A stretch of DNA of 64,000 nt, from NCBI GenBank assembly GCA_017438525.1, contig JAFRVI010000004.1:79281-143280 (forward strand), in the 5' to 3' direction. This stretch comes from Clostridia bacterium. GTDB lineage: Bacteria > Bacillota > Clostridia > Oscillospirales > RGIG8002. The notes under the pieces are model-generated. The model saw only the letters and a program-made list of their open reading frames with translations. It did not search any database and was not told the DNA's origin. Shown piece after piece: positions 35,751 through 44,700 of the stretch; the first letter of the stretch is position 1, and every line of letters starts with the position of its first letter. The translations under genes were made by a program, and so were the position numbers.

Positions 35751-38700
35751 TTATCTGTTTGCTATGCCCGCGGCAATTCGCAGAATCCTCAAAGCGTCGG
35801 AAACTGTCACGGCACCGTCGCCGTCAACGTCGGCAACGGCGAGCGCATCTCCTTCCGGTTGATCGGCAAGACCGACAGCCATACGGAGTGCGGCAAGAGC
35901 GTCCGCAACGGTAACTTCATCGTCGCCGTCTATGTCACCGATGAGCACGTAGGCGATTATCGTGACGTCAAAGGTGTCGGTGAATCCGTTATAGGTAACA
36001 GTCAGTGTCTGCGATCCTACGACGGTGTTATCAAAGCCATCGACCATTTCAGCCGTGAGATCGACTTCTTCGGATGAACCGTTATCGTAAGTGACCGTTA
36101 CCTTTCCGCCGGACAGGTCGAGCTCTTCCCTGCCCTCAACGTATTCTACCTTTTCGGGCGCGGTAACTTCGATGCCGGTGATCTGCGGCATTGCGGTCAA
36201 TTTGAAATCGCCGATGAGCGGATAGTGATCGGACGTTCCCTGGAGGTCAGCGTCGGTCACGCGCGCGGTGAAAAGGCATTCGGTGCCTACGGTGTGGAAG
36301 ATGTGGTCGACAACGCCGGGATCCGGATGATCGTCGGCGTCGACAAATACTCCGCTGTTCACGATAGTATTATAAGGAATATCGCCGGCCGGGCAGTTCA
36401 TATCACCGGTGGAAATGAAGGGGCAGTTCCACCGGTTGATATATTCTCTCGCCTTAACGACGAGCTCACCCGCCTGAATGTTTCTTTGCTCGGTGTGATC
36501 GTCGTCGTCCCAGCCCGGATCGAGGTGCGTAGAGCTGACTATGAATCTTCTGCCGTCGCTGATGCGCTCGAAAACGCCGATGTCGATAAGGCGGAATCTC
36601 GGGCTGTTGCCTATCGTGTAGGAATAGACTTCGCTCGCGATAACGCGGAGCTTGGTCTTGTCATATATAATCGGGCTGCAGTTCATACCTGCCTGACCGC
36701 CGAAATCGGGGTTGAGGAACTCGTAGGTATCGCTGAGCAGACGGTTGATGCCCTCGTGCCACTTCTCGGAGCATTCCTGCAGACCGACGACGTCGGGCTT
36801 GTAGTAATCGATAAACGCCTTGAACTTCTCAGGTCTTTCGCCGATCACCCAGGGGCTCCAACTGAAGTCTTCCTGTGCAACGAGCACATTGAAAGATACT
36901 ATTCTGATATCGGCGCCTTCAACGAGCTGCTCGGGGTATTCGCCGAAATAACCGCTGCCGTCTCTGTGAATGATCTCAACGTCGTCGATATATATGGCGC
37001 TGCCGTCGGGGGAGCTGCCCGCGGAGAAGTTGACGTACCAGTCGGAATAGTCGCCGCTGTTGAATGCGATGGCATAGCGTCTCCATTCGTCAGTCAACGC
37101 TATCGAATTGGAACAAAGCTTCTCCTTGTCGCCGAAAACGTAGCTGTGATACTGCTTCGTTCCGCCGGCTTCGGAGTCCCACTTCGCCCAGAAGATCAAG
37201 ATGTATTCGGTGTTCTTTGTGAGAATCAGACCGGTCTGCTTGGCAACGCTCTGATAGTAGCTGCTGCCCATTAGGCGAAGCGAATGTCCGCCTTCGTGAG
37301 CAACGTCGCTGAGAGCGGTCGTGCCGCCGGTGGTCCAGGGAGAGTATCCGTTCTCTTCAAATCCGCCGTTTCTAATAAGTATCTCGTCGGGCTTCTCTTC
37401 AAGTACGACGTCATCGATTATCATACCGGCTCCGTCGGGCGAGCTGGAGGCGGAGAAGTTGATATAGCAGGAAGTAACGTCGCCGCTGTTAAATGAAATT
37501 GTGTGGAAAGTCCACTCAGAAGGTATCGCTATGTACTCGCTCACGATCTTGGTTCCGCCCGCGTCATAAACTCCGGCGTGGTATCCCTTCGAGCCCTGGG
37601 CGGTCTGATCGCCCTTCGCCCAGAAGGAAAGGATATAATCGGTGTTCGGCTTTATGGTGATGCCGCTCTGCCTTGCGGCTTTAGCATATGAACCCGTAGC
37701 GAGAAGGCAAAGCGCCTTTTCGCCCGAATGAGCGTCCACGGTGACTGCGGTGTTCTCGTAAAGCGTCCAGGGGTCTACGGTCGCGGCTTCAAAGTTGCCG
37801 TTCTTAACAAGCGTTGTGTCTGCAGAAACTTCCATAGCAAAATCATCAACTACCACGGCGCTGCCGTCGGGCGAGCTGCCGGCTGAAAAATGGATGTAAC
37901 ACTCGGTAAAGTCACCGCTGTTGAATCTGACGGTATAGAGTGTCCAATCATTAGTGATATCTATCGTCTTGTCGGTAAACTTGTTATCCTGTCCGGAGCT
38001 TCCGCCGAAAACGTAGGCGTGATATGGCTTTGCTCCGGTGCTGGTCTCGGCGGCTTTTGCCCAGAAGGTGTAAACATAATCGGTATTCGGCTCAATCTTC
38101 AATCCCATCTGCCTGGCAACCTTCGCATAATAAGATGAGCCGGAGAGGATCAGCGCCTTGCTTCCGGTATGAGCGTCGGAAGTTATCGCGCTGCCGTTGA
38201 AGATTTCCCACGGGTCGATGGCGGCGTTCTCAAAACCGCCGTTTTTGATTATAGCTGCATCGACAACGACCTTCTCTTCCATAAACAGATCATCGATGAC
38301 GATAGCAGTGCCGTCCGGCGAGCTGCCGGTCGAGAAATTGATATAGCAGGAAGTAAAATCTCCGCTGTTGAACTCAATGGTATACTGCCTCCATTCAGCA
38401 GTGGGAGAGAAAGAATTATCAGCAAGCTTGTTGCTGCTGTTGCCGAAAACGTAGGCGTGGTAGCCCTTCGTACCGGTGTTGTCGGAAGCCGCCTTCGCCC
38501 AGAAAGTGAATGTGTAGTCCGTATTTGCATTAAGGGCGATGCCTTCTTGCCTTGCAACCTTTGTGTAGTTGCCGGATCCGGCAGGCACCTTCAGGCAGAG
38601 CGCTTTGCTTCCCTCGTGCGCTTCGGTAGTGAGCGCGGTTTCGGAATAAATGAGCCACGGATCGATGGTGGCGTTCTCAAAACCGCCGTTCTTAATCATC

Positions 38701-39698
38701 GCGTCGTCAACGACGACCTTCTCTTCCATAAACAGATCGTCTATGATAAGCGCGGTGCCGTCGGGCGAGCTGCCGGTCGAGAAGTTTATGAAGCAGGAAG
38801 TGAAATCGCCGCTGTTGAACTCAATGGTGTACTGCATCCACTCGGTAGTTACGGCGATGGAGTTCTGCGCAAGTCTGTTGCTGCTGTCGCCGAAAACGTA
38901 GGCGTGATAGCCCTTCGTTCCGGTGTTGTCGGAAGCCGCCTTCGCCCAGAAGGTGAAAACGTAGTCCTTATTCGCCTCGATAGCTATGCCGTTCTGTCTG
39001 GCGACCTTGGTGTAGTTCGCGGAGCCGGCGGGAGCTTTAAGGCAGAGCGCCTTGGCGCCCTCGTGCGCTTCCGCAGTGAGCGCGGTTTCGGAATAAACGA
39101 GCCACGGATCGATGGTGGCGTTCTCGAAGCCGCCGTTCTTGATCATGGCGGTGTCGGGATCCTCGACCTTCTGCATAACGAGGTCGTCAATAACGGCGAT
39201 ACCGCCGTCCGGCGCGCTGGGAGTGGATATATTGATATAGCACTCGGTAAAATCGCCGCTGTTGAAATCGACCGTGTATTCTCTCCAATCGGAGGTAAGG
39301 CCGAAATAAACGGTTCCTATCTTGGTAGCGCCGCTTTTATCCATAATATACATATGGAAACCCTTGGAAGCGCCCTGGGCGGAATTCGACGCGACCTTCG
39401 CCCAGAAGGTAAAGGTGTAATCCTTATTCGCCTCAAGAGCGATACCGGTCTGTCTGGCTACCTTTTCGTATTTGTTTGAGCCGAAAAGACTCAACGCGTT
39501 GCTGCCGGTATGCGCTTCGGTAGACAGCGTCGTGCCGGAATAGATGAGCCATCCGTCCGTGCCGTCTTCAAAACCGCCGTTGACGATAAGGTTATCGCCG
39601 GTGGTCTTCGCCGCCGCAGGCAGCGACACGGCGCAAAGCGTTGCGATCATAGTGAACGCAATAAGCGCCGCAAGGATTCTTTTGATGCCGGTTTTCAT
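35751..39698 (-). CDS. Secreted protein: six tandem CBM4/9-like modules + EEP catalytic domain (copy 2) + Ig-like (Big_3-like) module + dockerin
   Basis: 1,315 aa with a signal peptide. It carries six ~145-150-aa units, each starting (I/V)(K/R/V)NGGFE...W and ending SSPDG....IDD. EEP motifs are VSFNVL, GLQEC, STGDMN and SDHYPL (36198-36947). The Ig-like module is ITGIEVTAPEKVEYVEG..LDLSGGKVTVTY (35955-36185). The dockerin is at 35754-35945. Confidence 0.85.
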   Translation of the reverse strand: MKTGIKRILAALIAFTMIATLCAVSLPAAAKTTGDNLIVNGGFEDGTDGWLIYSGTTLSTEAHTGSNALSLFGSNKYEKVARQTGIALEANKDYTFTFWAKVASNSAQGASKGFHMYIMDKSGATKIGTVYFGLTSDWREYTVDFNSGDFTECYINISTPSAPDGGIAVIDDLVMQKVEDPDTAMIKNGGFENATIDPWLVYSETALTAEAHEGAKALCLKAPAGSANYTKVARQNGIAIEANKDYVFTFWAKAASDNTGTKGYHAYVFGDSSNRLAQNSIAVTTEWMQYTIEFNSGDFTSCFINFSTGSSPDGTALIIDDLFMEEKVVVDDAMIKNGGFENATIDPWLIYSETALTTEAHEGSKALCLKVPAGSGNYTKVARQEGIALNANTDYTFTFWAKAASDNTGTKGYHAYVFGNSSNKLADNSFSPTAEWRQYTIEFNSGDFTSCYINFSTGSSPDGTAIVIDDLFMEEKVVVDAAIIKNGGFENAAIDPWEIFNGSAITSDAHTGSKALILSGSSYYAKVARQMGLKIEPNTDYVYTFWAKAAETSTGAKPYHAYVFGGSSGQDNKFTDKTIDITNDWTLYTVRFNSGDFTECYIHFSAGSSPDGSAVVVDDFAMEVSADTTLVKNGNFEAATVDPWTLYENTAVTVDAHSGEKALCLLATGSYAKAARQSGITIKPNTDYILSFWAKGDQTAQGSKGYHAGVYDAGGTKIVSEYIAIPSEWTFHTISFNSGDVTSCYINFSASSSPDGAGMIIDDVVLEEKPDEILIRNGGFEENGYSPWTTGGTTALSDVAHEGGHSLRLMGSSYYQSVAKQTGLILTKNTEYILIFWAKWDSEAGGTKQYHSYVFGDKEKLCSNSIALTDEWRRYAIAFNSGDYSDWYVNFSAGSSPDGSAIYIDDVEIIHRDGSGYFGEYPEQLVEGADIRIVSFNVLVAQEDFSWSPWVIGERPEKFKAFIDYYKPDVVGLQECSEKWHEGINRLLSDTYEFLNPDFGGQAGMNCSPIIYDKTKLRVIASEVYSYTIGNSPRFRLIDIGVFERISDGRRFIVSSTHLDPGWDDDDHTEQRNIQAGELVVKAREYINRWNCPFISTGDMNCPAGDIPYNTIVNSGVFVDADDHPDPGVVDHIFHTVGTECLFTARVTDADLQGTSDHYPLIGDFKLTAMPQITGIEVTAPEKVEYVEGREELDLSGGKVTVTYDNGSSEEVDLTAEMVDGFDNTVVGSQTLTVTYNGFTDTFDVTIIAYVLIGDIDGDDEVTVADALAALRMAVGLADQPEGDALAVADVDGDGAVTVSDALRILRIAAGIANR
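36960..39602 (-). repeat. Six tandem in-frame coding repeats (~430-450 bp each) encoding CBM4/9-like modules
   Basis: Repeat boundaries from the translation: residues 33-182, 183-331, 332-480, 481-627, 628-770 and 771-913. Units 2 and 3 are nearly identical at protein level and share long identical DNA stretches. Confidence 0.9.
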
Positions 39699-39752
39699 GT
39701 TTTTGCCTCCTGAAAATATATTTAATTATTTTACTCGCAATATAAGCAGCCG

Positions 39753-40586
39753 TTATTCCAAATTGAAATCGGCGTATAAAGGAAGGTGGTCCGAAGCGCC
39801 TTTGACGCTCTCGTCGTCGCCGAGCGTGACGCCGAGCGATTTCGCGCCGGAGGTGTGAAAGATGTGATCGACGACGTGCGGAAGCGGAGCGGCATCGGCG
39901 TCGCTGAAAACTCCGTTTTCCGTCAGAGCTTTGTATTCGGGCTTATCCGGCGTTATGTTCATATCGCCGGTGGAGATATACGGGCAACCGTATTCCTCAA
40001 CGAAACGCTTTGCGACCCCGATGAGCTCATCGATCTGCACGAGGCGTTCGGCGGTCCTGTCGCCCGGGTACTCCGAATCGAGATGCGTGCTCGAAACGGC
40101 AAAACGCTTACCGTCGGATATACGCTCGAAAACGCCGACGTCGATAAGACGCATACGCTCGTTGTTTGAAACGGAATAGATATACTGTTCGCTCGCAATA
40201 AGGCGGAGTTTTTTCACGTCGAACATCAAACCGGTGCAGCTGCCGTCCGTAATGTCGCCGAAGTCCGGCTCTACGAAATCGTATTCTTCTTTAAGCTGTT
40301 TTCTGAACGCCGAATACCAGCCGCGGCTTGCCTCCTGGATGCCGATAACGTCCGGTCTGACGCGCAGGATATACTCGACCGCGCCGCTCGGACGATCGCC
40401 CAAAGGGGTGCCCCAATCGTAGTCGTCGTTGTCTACGAGCAGGTTATAAGACATAACCCGCAAAACCGCGTTTTCCGACTCCGGATTTGGTTTTTTCCCT
40501 GTTAAAAAACACGTCATTATTCCGAATCCCAACAAAAGCAGAATTACTATAGTCAACACGATATGGTTGACAAACGGCTTTTTCAT
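39753..40586 (-). CDS. Membrane-anchored EEP family enzyme (copy 3, N-terminal TM helix, no dockerin)
   Basis: N-terminal TM segment IVLTIVILLLLGFGIMTCFL. EEP motifs are MSYNLL, GIQEA, STGDMN and SDHLPL. The central segment RLIDVGVFERISDGKRFAVSSTHLD is nearly identical to copy 2. Confidence 0.8.
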   Translation of the reverse strand: MKKPFVNHIVLTIVILLLLGFGIMTCFLTGKKPNPESENAVLRVMSYNLLVDNDDYDWGTPLGDRPSGAVEYILRVRPDVIGIQEASRGWYSAFRKQLKEEYDFVEPDFGDITDGSCTGLMFDVKKLRLIASEQYIYSVSNNERMRLIDVGVFERISDGKRFAVSSTHLDSEYPGDRTAERLVQIDELIGVAKRFVEEYGCPYISTGDMNITPDKPEYKALTENGVFSDADAAPLPHVVDHIFHTSGAKSLGVTLGDDESVKGASDHLPLYADFNLE

Positions 40587-40594
40587 AGGCGTTA

Positions 40595-41716
40595 TTACTT
40601 CTTCGAGTAGAGATAGAGCAAACCGGCCGCAAGAGCAAGACCGATAAGGACCGCGATAGCGACACGCAGCGCGGATACCGGCGACTTTCCGCCGACCTTT
40701 CCGGTTTCGCCGTTGACCATGAATTGAAATATCTTCTCTTTAAATTTGAACGAAGAAAGCCATACGGGCAGCAACAGGTATTTATACTTAATATCGAAAT
40801 ACTTAGTCGCCATTCTGACGTTGTTGACGTGATCGGCGTGGTGCGCTCTGCGGACTTGATCAGTAATATCGGATTCAAGGCGGGAGGAAATGAAACCTTT
40901 TCCCTTCTCCCACGCGTCGTTGAGCCCGATGGAATAGCGCTCGGAAATGAATCCCGCTATGTATTCGGGCTTGTACTTCTTATTATTCGCGGTATCATAC
41001 GGCTCGATCGAACGAAGCGTCGCCTCGTTATAACGCGTGGTGCCGCAGACGGCCTGATCGTCTATGAAGCAGGAATAATGCCCGGAGGTGTTGTACCACG
41101 TCGTGGTTGTGTGAGTATTTCCGTTGCTGTCTGTGTATGTGTGGTCAATGCCGTAGCGGGCGGTATAGTCCGTCTCGGTCTGTGAATCGAACGTCCAGTA
41201 AGGCAGATAAACGCCTTTGAAAGATTCGGGTCGGGCGCTCTGCTTCGCTTTTGACGGGCAGAAAAGCTTTTTCTTGATCCACGCGGTGAATCTTTCGCCT
41301 GCGGTCTTCGCGTCGATCCTGAAGGGGCAAACGCCGCCCGGGGCAAGCGTGTTGACCGCGGCCTCCTCCATAACCTGATTCGAGCCGCAGTAGGGGCATA
41401 CGTCAGCTATCTGCAGCGCGTCGTAAATCGATTCGCCGCCGCAGGATTTGCAGATGACGGTCTTCTTCTCGACGCCCCAGTCGCAGTTTCCCCTTTCGGC
41501 CGCCGAGTAGAAATCCTGCTCCATGCAGCGTTCCTCGTTCGACTCATGAGGCGGTATCGCCTGCTGATGCCCGCAGTACGGACAAAGCAGTCCGCCGGAA
41601 ACCGGATCGAAATCCATAACGCCGCCGCAGGACGGACACTTCTTGTCCGTCTCTTCCCTCGTTGTCGTTTGCTGGATCACTTCGACTTCATTGTTGTACT
41701 CGTTAACGTCGCTCAC
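40595..41716 (-). CDS. Tail-anchored protein with two N-terminal zinc ribbons (function unknown)
   Basis: CPSCGG...CPYCG and CKSCGG...CPYCG motifs. A single C-terminal TM helix (AIAVLIGLALAAGLLYLY) lies 3 residues from the end. I prefer GTG 41716, 8 nt after GGAGG. The ORF-track start is the TTG at 41743. Confidence 0.65.
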   Translation of the reverse strand: MSDVNEYNNEVEVIQQTTTREETDKKCPSCGGVMDFDPVSGGLLCPYCGHQQAIPPHESNEERCMEQDFYSAAERGNCDWGVEKKTVICKSCGGESIYDALQIADVCPYCGSNQVMEEAAVNTLAPGGVCPFRIDAKTAGERFTAWIKKKLFCPSKAKQSARPESFKGVYLPYWTFDSQTETDYTARYGIDHTYTDSNGNTHTTTTWYNTSGHYSCFIDDQAVCGTTRYNEATLRSIEPYDTANNKKYKPEYIAGFISERYSIGLNDAWEKGKGFISSRLESDITDQVRRAHHADHVNNVRMATKYFDIKYKYLLLPVWLSSFKFKEKIFQFMVNGETGKVGGKSPVSALRVAIAVLIGLALAAGLLYLYSKK

Positions 41717-41757
41717 TTGGTGTTCCTCCAGACTATTTTTCAAATATTATTTATAAA

Positions 41758-44700
41758 TCAGAGACCTATCGCTTTCCTGAGAACCGCAAGGGCGTCTGCT
41801 ACCGTGATCTCTCCGTCTCCGTCGAGATCTATGGCAGCCGTCACTTTTTCACTCGGAGCGTAAAGTCTCGCCGCGGCGCGCAGCGTAAGCAGAGCGTCGG
41901 ATACGGTGATTTCTCCGTCTCCGTCAGCGTCGCCCGGAACGGGCGTGGTATCAACCACGGTAAAGCTCACCTCTGTGGTGAACTCGTCGTAGCCGTTGAC
42001 GACTTTGAGCGTGTATTCGCCGGGCTGAGTGATCGGCTTTCCCGCGTCGTAATACTCGCCGTTCAGGTATGCGACGTGACCGTCGTCCCACGTTGCGCTC
42101 ACGGCTCCGTCGTAAAGGTCGTATGTCTCCCCGTCTTCGACGCCGCTTATCACCGGAGCGGCGAGCGGGACGAATACAAGTTTGTCGCTCGTCGCCGCGT
42201 ATGTTTCGGCGGCGGTGCCGGGATAGCCGTAAACCTTGACGGTGTAATACGGTCCGCGCAGGCAGTTTGCGTTGACGGTCGTCGCGCTTCTCGGGATATA
42301 AACGCGCTCAAGCAGAAACGCCAGATTCGAAACGTTTGCGTTGATCGTTTTCACGCCCTCGGCGAAGATGTAGCATCTGTTGCCTATCGACGACGGGAAG
42401 GTGTTTCCCGGCACCGTAGTCAATCCGCCGCCGATCTTGACGTATCTCGCTCCGCGGACGTAATGGAAAGCGTTCGAAGAGAGGGTTGTGACGCTGTCGG
42501 GTATTTCGACGCATGCGAGACTGAGGCAGCGCTGGAACGCATACTGCCCGATGTATTCAAGGCCTTCCGGCAGCTCGAGCTCCTCAAGCGAAGCGCACTC
42601 GCTGAACGAATAGTTGCCTATGCGTTTAAGTGTTGCCGGCAGACGGAGCTTCATATGGCGTACTGTCCTGCCGTAGTTCGCGAAAGCGTAGTCGGCGATC
42701 TTCGTCACGGGATAGCCGTCTATGTAATCCGGTATATACAGATACTCGGCTCCGGACTTACAGGAGTTAATCGTGACGGTATCGTCGGAGTTTACGGTGT
42801 AGAGGAAATCGCGCGTCGTGGCGTTCTCATCAACCGAAACGGTAACAGCGGAGGAAACTTCGCCGGTGTCAGCGTTTACGAGGCGAATGCGGTAGTTCCC
42901 CGCCTTCTCGATATAAGTGCGCATGAGCACGCTTTCATAAGGCGCGTCGATAAGCTCACCGCCCATCTTAATTTGACCGGCGGGTATCCTTACGCTGCTC
43001 TCTTCGGCGGTGTTTAGTATCTCGACGAAAACGTTATCCGCAAGGATCGAAACGTCGGCTTTGACGTAGATCCAGCCGTCGCGGAAAACGTTCGCAGAAG
43101 CGGCGTAGTCCGCGGCGTCGGCGGAAACCGAGACCGCGCGGAACGTCGCGGCCGCGCTTTCGCCGGTAAGGTCGGCGACCGCCATCGAAACCATCGTGCT
43201 CGTGGCGTATTTCAGAGAACAGACCTTTTGCGCGTTCTCGAGCTTTTCATCCTGCTCCTCGTATTCGTCTATCGCCGCTTTCAGCGCGGACTTGTCAACG
43301 TTTTTGGGCAGCTCCCAGCGGTTCACGCAGCACGGGAGCGAAATCTCGGTGCAAAGCACGTATTTGCTGTCCGGGGTAAAGCATATCGCGGACGAAACGT
43401 GACCTTCGGACTGGAGATCGTTTTTCTGAAGCAGAGTGCTGATATACGTTCCGTCGGCGGCGAAAAGCTTGAGCGTATGGTCGAACGAGGAAACGACAAT
43501 GTATTTGCCGTCCGGCGAATATGCCGCCTCGTTGATTATGCCGTCGAATCCGCCGAGAAGCGAAACGCATCTGCCGCTTTCAACGCTGTAAACGCGGGCG
43601 GCGGTGTCGTTGCTGTTTGTGACGATATATCTGCCGTCCGGCGAGAACGAGAGGGTTCTGACCGAGCTTTCGTTGACGGTGTCGAGGCGGCTTACCGCGA
43701 CTTTGTCGGCTACATTCCAGAAAACGACCTCTCCGGCTTCATCCGCAGTTGCGAGCAAAGTCCCGTCCGGAGAGAACCTGCAGCGGTTGATCGTATTTAT
43801 GTGCTCGGTCGTGAAGCGAGCGTATTCGCTCCAATCTCCGGTATTAAAAATGAATATTCCGGCGCTGGTGGTCGTCGCCGCAAGCTTTGTCCCGTCGGGC
43901 GAAAGGTCGATCGAAAGCGGATCGCTTTCGACGAAGAGCTCGTGCTCCTTCGCGCCGCTCACCGCGTTGAATACACGGAGATAGTGCGGCTCGGTAACGG
44001 AACTGTTTATCGGGTTTTTCAGCGCCTGCGCGCCGCCATTGAAGCCGCCGGTTATGATATGCTGACCGTCGGCAGTGAAGCAAAGCGAATACTGCATAGT
44101 CGCGCCGTTGTGTATTTTCACAGGCGACTTTGAAAAATCAGAAGTGTCATATATGATAACCGAACCGGTCATGGTCGCCGCGGCGACCTTGCTTCCGTCG
44201 GGCGAATACGCGACCGAGAGGAAGGCGTTATACTTTTCAGTTGAAACGGTATCGAGCAGCTCGTTTGTGCGCGGATCGTAGACGCAGAGGAAGCCGGCCT
44301 GGTCGGCCATTACCGCCTGCGTTCCGTCCGGCGAGATCGCCATCGGGAAGTTATACATAAAGCTATTGTAGTTTCTTCCCATGTATTCGACGGCGCTCGC
44401 TTTCTGCACGGAGTGATCCGTCGTGAAATCGGGCGTACTGTCGGTAAACTGCTCCTCGCGGACGGAAACGCGGACGTAATCGACAACCATTTCCCTGTCG
44501 TAATACTCATACTGCGGATATACGACGCAGTAGTCGTCGCCCTGTATACCGCCGGAGGAAAGGATGATATACCTCGGCACGTCGCCGTAAGCGAACCTGA
44601 TGCCGTCGTTGACAAGATTGAGCGTAACGATAAGCGCGCCGTCGAAGTACATCCTAACCTGATCGGTATCGATTTCTACGGCGTAATCATGATAATCCTC

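Noticed and set aside
36960-39602. A possible CRISPR array or diversity-generating retroelement target, given the regular ~450-bp repeats and the four variable paralogues.
   Set aside because: The repeats are in-frame protein modules of 430-450 bp, far longer than CRISPR repeat-spacer units. There are no cas genes, no reverse transcriptase and no template-repeat/variable-repeat pair with adenine-specific differences in the window.
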